The notes under the pieces were generated by a model, which was given only the letters and a program-made list of their open reading frames with translations, searched no databases and had not been told where the DNA came from. From positions 160,001 to 224,000 of the forward strand of contig CAVSIV010000004.1 of the NCBI GenBank assembly GCA_963728205.1: a stretch of DNA of 64,000 nucleotides, given 5' to 3'. Position numbers and translations under genes: made by a program. Source of the stretch: an uncultured Chloroflexia bacterium (lineage in GTDB: Bacteria; Chloroflexota; Dehalococcoidia; UBA2979). Below, in pieces: positions 58,722-64,000 of the stretch; position 1 is the first letter of the stretch, and each line of letters starts with the position of its first letter.

Positions 58722-60134
58722 ATGACGACCGATCGCCCCCATCTGGCCGTCCTCGGCGGCGGGCCCGGCGGCTACCCCGCCGCCTTCCTCGCCGCCGAGC
58801 TCGGCATGGACGTCACGCTGATCGACGACGGCGAGAACCCCGGCGGCGTCTGCCTCTACCGCGGCTGCATCCCCTCGAAGGCGCTGCTGCACGCGGCGCG
58901 GCTGATGCACGAGGCGCAGGAGGCGAACGAGTTCGGCCTGCAGTTCGCGCCACCCACGGTCGACCTCGACGCGCTGCGCGCGTGGAAGGAGCGCGTCGTC
59001 GGCAAGCTGACGGGCGGGCTCGGGACGCTCGCGCGGTCGCGCAAGGTACGGCACGTGCGCGGCCGCGGCCACTTCCTCGACCCGCACCGCATCCGCGTCG
59101 CGTCCGACGGCGAGCTCACGGAGGTCGAGTTCGACCACGCGATCATCGCGACCGGGTCGCTGCCCGCGATCCCCGGGCCGCTGCGCGTCGACTCGCCGCG
59201 CGTGTGGGACTCCACTGCCGCGCTCGCGCTGCCGGAGGTGCCGCGTCGCCTGCTGGTGGTGGGCGGCGGCTACATCGGCCTCGAGCTCGGGACCGTCTAC
59301 GCGGCGCTCGGCTCGGAGGTCACGGTGGTCGAGATGACCGCCGGGCTGCTGCCGGGCGCCGACCGCGATCTCGTCCAGGTGCTGCAGAAGCGCGTCGCGA
59401 CACAGGTGCGCGAGATCCTGCTGAACACGCGGGTGGCGAAGCTCGAGGACACGGGCTCCGAGATCCGCGCCGAGCTCGCGGGGGCCGACATCGAGGAGAC
59501 CCGCTCCTACGACGCTGTCCTGATCGCGGTGGGCCGGCGCCCGAACTCCGACGGCATCGGCCTCGAGCAGACGGCGGTGCAGCTCGACGACCGGGGTTTC
59601 GTCCGCGTCGACCACCAGCGGCGCACGGCCGAGCCGTCGCTCTTCGCCATCGGCGACGTCGCCGGCGAGCCGATGCTCGCGCACAAGGCGACGCACGAGG
59701 CGCGCGTGGCCGTCGAGGCGATCGCCGGCGAGCCGTCGTCCTGGGACCCGGCCGCGATCCCGGCCGTCGTCTTCACCGACCCCGAGCTCGCGTGGACGGG
59801 CCTCACCGAGCAGGAAGCGGGCGCGCGCGGGATCGACGTCGAGATCGCGAAGTTCCCGTGGGCGGCGTCGGGCCGCGCCACGACGCTGGGCCGCAACGAC
59901 GGACTGACGAAGCTGCTGATCGAGCCGGGGACGCAGCGCGTGCTCGGCGCCGGCATCGTCGGCGTGAACGCCGGCGAGCTGATCGCCGAGGCGACGCTCG
60001 CGGTGGAGCTGGGCGCGCGGGTCGACGACCTGCGCCTCACGATCCACGCGCACCCCACGCTCTCGGAGACGGTGATGGAGGCCGCGGAGAGCCTGTTCGG
60101 CACGAGCCCGCACTACATGTCGCGGCGGAGGTAG
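58722..60134 (+). CDS. lpdA: Dihydrolipoamide dehydrogenase E3
   Basis: GGGPGGY, GGVCLYRGCIPSK, HAHPTLSE. Confidence 0.96.
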   Translation: MTTDRPHLAVLGGGPGGYPAAFLAAELGMDVTLIDDGENPGGVCLYRGCIPSKALLHAARLMHEAQEANEFGLQFAPPTVDLDALRAWKERVVGKLTGGLGTLARSRKVRHVRGRGHFLDPHRIRVASDGELTEVEFDHAIIATGSLPAIPGPLRVDSPRVWDSTAALALPEVPRRLLVVGGGYIGLELGTVYAALGSEVTVVEMTAGLLPGADRDLVQVLQKRVATQVREILLNTRVAKLEDTGSEIRAELAGADIEETRSYDAVLIAVGRRPNSDGIGLEQTAVQLDDRGFVRVDHQRRTAEPSLFAIGDVAGEPMLAHKATHEARVAVEAIAGEPSSWDPAAIPAVVFTDPELAWTGLTEQEAGARGIDVEIAKFPWAASGRATTLGRNDGLTKLLIEPGTQRVLGAGIVGVNAGELIAEATLAVELGARVDDLRLTIHAHPTLSETVMEAAESLFGTSPHYMSRRR

Positions 60135-60167
60135 GCCCCGGCCGGGCCGGCCCCGTCGTTCCGGCGC

Positions 60168-60219
60168 AAGCGGCGGCAGATGCGCCGCCGACCCAAGCGG
60201 CGGCAGACATGCCGCCGAC
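60168..60219. repeat. Two tandem REP family 2 units
   Basis: AAGCGGCGGCAGATGCGCCGCCGAC and AAGCGGCGGCAGACATGCCGCCGAC. Confidence 0.75.
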
Positions 60220-60268
60220 GCGAGCGGCCGGCCCAGCCGGCCGGCATGGGCGGCGACATCCGGTCGAC

Positions 60269-60517
60269 CTAGACGGACCTGCGCGGCGGCCGCATCCGCG
60301 CCGCCGCCAGCGCCGCCCACAGCACGCACTGCAACACCGTCGACAGCGCCGCGAACGTCAGGCCGAGCGTGAAGAGCGCCACGCCGATCGCCGCCAGGAT
60401 CACCACAAGCGGCAGGCTCGTCGTGACGGGCGGCTTCTCGGGGGCGCGCAGCATCGGGAGCAGCGAGACGGCGACGAAGACGCCGCCGAACGACATCACC
60501 GCATCCTGCCACGACAT
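60269..60517 (-). CDS. Small 3-TM membrane protein
   Basis: Hydrophobic 82-aa ORF, GGAG RBS. Confidence 0.65.
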   Translation of the reverse strand: MSWQDAVMSFGGVFVAVSLLPMLRAPEKPPVTTSLPLVVILAAIGVALFTLGLTFAALSTVLQCVLWAALAAARMRPPRRSV

Positions 60518-60663
60518 CGAGGGGTCTCCTGCGGCACGCCCGGCCGGAGACCCCGTCCGTGGTCATCGTTGCGCGCACCCCGATCATCGGACGTCGCGGA
60601 CGCAGCGTCGATGGCCGAAGCACTGGATCGCCGTGCGACCCTGAAACGGAGAGGAGACACGCC

Positions 60664-61548
60664 ATGGCGTTGCTACGCGAGCAGTGGGAAGTCATCGGCC
60701 GCAAGCCGGCCGCGGAGCTCGGCGCCACCCGCCGGCAGCTGCACTGCGCGCTCCAGGTCCTCGCCCGCGTCCCGGAGACGTTCGTGCCGGCGCGCGAGGA
60801 CTCCAGCCACGCGGCGTTCGACTGGGACGGCGGCCAGCGCGCGTTCGTCAGCCAGACGATTCCGGCGCCCGACCCGTACCGCGTCGCGCTGCGCGTGCCG
60901 GACGCGATGGCGCTCACCATCGGCGCCGCCGGCGAGCCGCTGGGTCACTTCGCGCTGCACGGTCGCTCGATCGCCGCCCTCGCCTCCTGGATCAGCGGCG
61001 AGACGGGACGGCTCGGCCCCGGCCCTCTGTCGCTCGACGCCGCGACCGGCGCCGGCTCCGACTGGCCGCCGCCCGCGTGCGCGGGCCGCGACGCCTTCGA
61101 CTTCAGCGACTACGACGCCCTGCAGGAGCTGCCGCACTACTACATGGACGCGTTCCGGCTGCTCGAGGACCTGCGCGGGCGCTGGGTCGACCGCGCGTCG
61201 CCGTCCCCCGTGCGCGTCTGGCCGCACGGGTTCGACATCGACGCCGTCCTCGCACTCGGCGAGCGCGACGGCGAGCAGCACACCGTCGGCGTGGGCATGT
61301 CGCCGGGCGACGCCGACGTCGACCAGCCGTACTTCTACGTGAACGCGTGGCCCGCGGGCGATCGCTCGCGGCTGCCACCGATGGAGGAGAGCCGCGGCCG
61401 GTGGTCGACCGACGGCTGGTTCGGCGCGGCGCTCCCCGCGCGCGACGTCGTCGACGACGGCGACCCGGACGCGCAGGCGCTGACCGTCACGCAGTTCTAC
61501 GACTTCGCCGTGGACGTCCTGTACCGGATGGAGACGGCGACCGGCTGA
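60664..61548 (+). CDS. Conserved hypothetical protein (DUF5996-like)
   Basis: GGAGAGGAG RBS; QLHCALQ, VRVWPHGFD, GMSPGD...QPYFYVNAWP. Confidence 0.7.
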   Translation: MALLREQWEVIGRKPAAELGATRRQLHCALQVLARVPETFVPAREDSSHAAFDWDGGQRAFVSQTIPAPDPYRVALRVPDAMALTIGAAGEPLGHFALHGRSIAALASWISGETGRLGPGPLSLDAATGAGSDWPPPACAGRDAFDFSDYDALQELPHYYMDAFRLLEDLRGRWVDRASPSPVRVWPHGFDIDAVLALGERDGEQHTVGVGMSPGDADVDQPYFYVNAWPAGDRSRLPPMEESRGRWSTDGWFGAALPARDVVDDGDPDAQALTVTQFYDFAVDVLYRMETATG

Positions 61549-61608
61549 CGACGCGGGTGCCGACGTCGTGCCCGAAGCGAGCGCGAGGGATATGATGACG
61601 CTCCTCGA

Positions 61609-61684
61609 GCGGGAGTAGCTCAGCTGGCAGAGCATCTGCTTCCCAAGCAGAGGGTCGCCGGTTCGAATCCGGTCTCCCGCTCCA
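61609..61684 (+). tRNA. tRNA-Gly (CCC)
   Basis: GCGGGAG acceptor stem, anticodon loop TTCCCAA, GTTCGAATC, encoded CCA. Confidence 0.97.
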
Positions 61685-62145
61685 GATCTCTCATTCCTCT
61701 GTGCCGCGATTGGCGCTGTCAGGTTTCAGAACCTGGCATTCCTGCCGATCGAAGTGCGTAGAGCCACGAGTTCCTCGCCGGCCACGTGGCGCCACAACCG
61801 ACCCACTGCCTCGTCGCCGACCCTATGCCTGCCCCAAAAGGCGGGGTGGCGCGGCGGCGAGCCCGAATCTGAGCCGATGCCCCGACGCGGTCCATTTGAC
61901 CCACTGATTTCGAGGCAGTGGGGCGCCCCGGTCGGCCGCTTCATCCCGGCGCGACGCCAACGCCGGATGCGCCGCCTGTCCTGACGAAGGCGGTACCGAC
62001 TCAGCGTGCCGTCCGCCGCCGCGATGACGGCGACCGCGAATCGCGCGCAGCGCACCGCCCCGAACGTGGCGGTCGACGCCGCCTGGCGCGATACCGATCG
62101 TCAAGATCCCTTGACGGTTCCCGCTGGTCATCCGATCATCACTCC

Positions 62146-62457
62146 ATGGCCACCACTCAGCCCCAACAGCCGCCCACGCTCGAGGCGCTCCGCGCCCTTC
62201 ACGCTCGCGAGCGAGACCTGGCGCAGACGAAGCACGACCTGATCGCACGGGCGCGCCAGGAACGCCACTCGTGGTCCGAGATCGGGGCTGCGCTTGGCAT
62301 CAGCAAGCAGGCTGCCTGGCAGGCCTACAACGAGGCCATTACCGAGATCCTCGATCAGGCGGCTGCGCGCTCCGGTCTCGGCGAGGACGAGGCGATGCAA
62401 CTCGCTCGTGAAGAGCTCGCGGCGCTACGACGCGAACGACGCAAGCGTCGCTCGTAG
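62146..62457 (+). CDS. HTH-containing putative antitoxin
   Basis: SWSEIGAALGISKQAAWQ HTH; directly abuts the PIN gene. Confidence 0.7.
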   Translation: MATTQPQQPPTLEALRALHARERDLAQTKHDLIARARQERHSWSEIGAALGISKQAAWQAYNEAITEILDQAAARSGLGEDEAMQLAREELAALRRERRKRRS

Positions 62458-62870
62458 GTGCGACTCCTGCTCGACACCAACGTCCTCGTGTCGGCCGTCG
62501 TCGCCGCCGGTGTCTCGCGGCGTCTGTTCGAACTGTGGCGGCGCGATCGCCGATTCGAGCTCGTCGTTTGCCCGACGTTGCTCGCAGAGCTCGAGGCCGT
62601 CCTGACGCGGGATCGATTCGCTCGCTTCATCACCCCTGCGGAGGTCTCGGAGCTCGTTGGGTTCCTCCGGACGGAGGCCGACTTCGTCGACGACCCCGCG
62701 GACGTCCCGGCGTCAACCCGGGATCCGGACGATGACTACCTCGTCGCCGTCGCACAGCGCGAGCGTGTCTATGCGCTGGTCTCAGGCGATAGCGACCTGC
62801 AGACTCGAAGATGTCCCCATCGAGGTCCTGTCGCCTGCCGAGATCTACGCGCGCCTCGAGTCCGGCACCG
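62458..62870 (+). CDS. PIN-domain toxin, 3' end frameshifted or disrupted
   Basis: LLLDTNVLVSA, RDPDDDYLVA, LVSGDSDL; typical VLSPAE tail lies in another frame. Confidence 0.75.
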
Positions 62871-62879
62871 ACCCCAGTT

Positions 62880-63180
62880 CGTCGTCGGAGAGGTGTGCTG
62901 GGTCCCGGACGCGTCCGTCATCGAGATCAGGTCCAACCCGTACACGCAGCTGTACGCCCCGTCCCGGATCGCCACCGGCAGCGCCGACGCCGCGTGGTAC
63001 GCCACCACTGAGGTCAGCCGGCCCAGGCTCTCGTACGCGTAGGTGGTCGTCCCCGCGCCCGTCGCCACCAGGTGCGTGCGGTTGCGCACCGCATCCAGTG
63101 TGTACGTGCAGCTCGAGAACGTCCCGTGTTCGCGCTCGTCACCGACAGCAACCGGTTGGCGTTGTCGTAGGTGTCGCGGG
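62880..63180 (-). pseudogene. RHS/YD-repeat protein remnant
   Basis: TYDNANRLLSV, YTLDAVRNRT, TTTYAYESLGRLTSV, YGLDLIS. Confidence 0.7.
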
Positions 63181-63182
63181 CC

Positions 63183-64000
63183 TGACGACGCTCATCTGAA
63201 GTTCCCCAGACCTGCTCACTGAAATTCCCCACCTCCCAGGCGGTGTGGTCCCTGCAGGGGCTGCTCTCGATGCTGACGCTGCGGCGGCGGCAGCGAGGAG
63301 CCGAGGACCGTGCTGCGATGGGAGGAAGACGTGGAAGCACACGCGCTGCGCCGACGGGGTTGGACGATCGCGGCGATCGCTCGACACCTCGGGCGCGACC
63401 GCAAGACCGTGCGGGCCTACCTGCGCGGAGACCGCGAGCCGGGGAAGCGGCAGCGCGCGGGGACGGACGAGTTCGAGCCGTTCGTCGCGTACGTCGGTGA
63501 GCGCCTGCGCGAGGACCCGCACCTGTGGGCGAGCGTGCTCTACGACGAGGTCGTCGCGCTCGGCTATCCGCGCTCGTACCCGTCGTTCACGCGCTCGCTG
63601 CGCGATCGCAGACTGCGCCCGCCGTGCCTCGCCTGCGCCGGCGTGAAGGGTCGAGTGACGGTCGAGATCGCCCACCCGCCCGGGGACGAGATGCAGTGGG
63701 ACTGGCTCGATCTCGGCGAGGCGCCGTGGGGCGGCAAGGCGATCCTGCTGGTCGCGGCGCTCTCGGCATCGGGCCGGGTGCGCGCGGTCTTCGCCGATGG
63801 GCAGGACCAGGCGCACGTCGTCGAGGGCATCGACGCCGTGCTGCGCCGCTTCGGCGGAACCGCGCGGCGCTGGCGCTTCGATCGCATGACCGGCGTCGTC
63901 GACACGCGCACCGGCAAGGTGCTCGCGAGCTTCGCCGCGGTCGCGAAGTACTACGGTGTCGGCATCGACGTCTGCCCGCCGCGAGCCGGCAACCGCAAGG
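63183..64000 (+). mobile_element. IS21-family insertion sequence, left end
   Basis: Starts TG; repeated CTGAA(G/A)TTCCCCA subterminal motifs; istA follows. Confidence 0.85.
63310..64000 (+). CDS. istA: IS21 transposase IstA (runs off window)
   Basis: EEDVEAHALRRRGWTIAAIARHLGRDRKTVRAYL HTH; PGDEMQWDW; RFDRM. Confidence 0.88.
   Translation, partial: MLRWEEDVEAHALRRRGWTIAAIARHLGRDRKTVRAYLRGDREPGKRQRAGTDEFEPFVAYVGERLREDPHLWASVLYDEVVALGYPRSYPSFTRSLRDRRLRPPCLACAGVKGRVTVEIAHPPGDEMQWDWLDLGEAPWGGKAILLVAALSASGRVRAVFADGQDQAHVVEGIDAVLRRFGGTARRWRFDRMTGVVDTRTGKVLASFAAVAKYYGVGIDVCPPRAGNRK

Noticed and set aside
61700-62140. Integrase gene next to tRNA-Gly
   Set aside because: No tyrosine or serine recombinase motifs in any listed frame

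Overview
High-GC bacterial chromosomal window, most consistent with Chloroflexota (Dehalococcoidia/Tepidiforma-like; inferred from gene content and a Chloroflexus-type malyl-CoA lyase). Housekeeping genes: an arginine biosynthesis run (argJ end, argB, argD, argG, argH) interleaved with UPF0182, an orphan histidine kinase, a GNAT and a VapBC-type TA pair; rpe, rpmB, fakA/fakB-like, recG, argS, trpS, citrate synthase, gatCA, a class A PBP; lipBA and the PDH operon; tRNA-Gly(CCC) followed by an island edge (second PIN TA, RHS remnant, IS21). Most notable: (1) a ~3.35-kb transposase-less element (34101-37452) with 31/36-bp terminal inverted repeats starting GGGATAG and a 14-bp target-site duplication, casposon-like in its end signature, carrying lipoprotein cargo; (2) an exosortase with an EpsI-like domain, encoded directly downstream of a tiny IPEVP-CTERM precursor whose mature part is only ~19 aa with a Cys pair; (3) an mcl/mch/mcd-like C5-dicarboxyl-CoA cluster with a divergent ADP-forming CoA ligase, a ferredoxin and an SDR pair in which one copy lacks the catalytic Lys; (4) three families of REP/REPIN-like intergenic repeats. 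Many genes after ~33 kb carry frameshifts, probably long-read errors. All calls come from motif reading and recalled family knowledge; no database searches were run.
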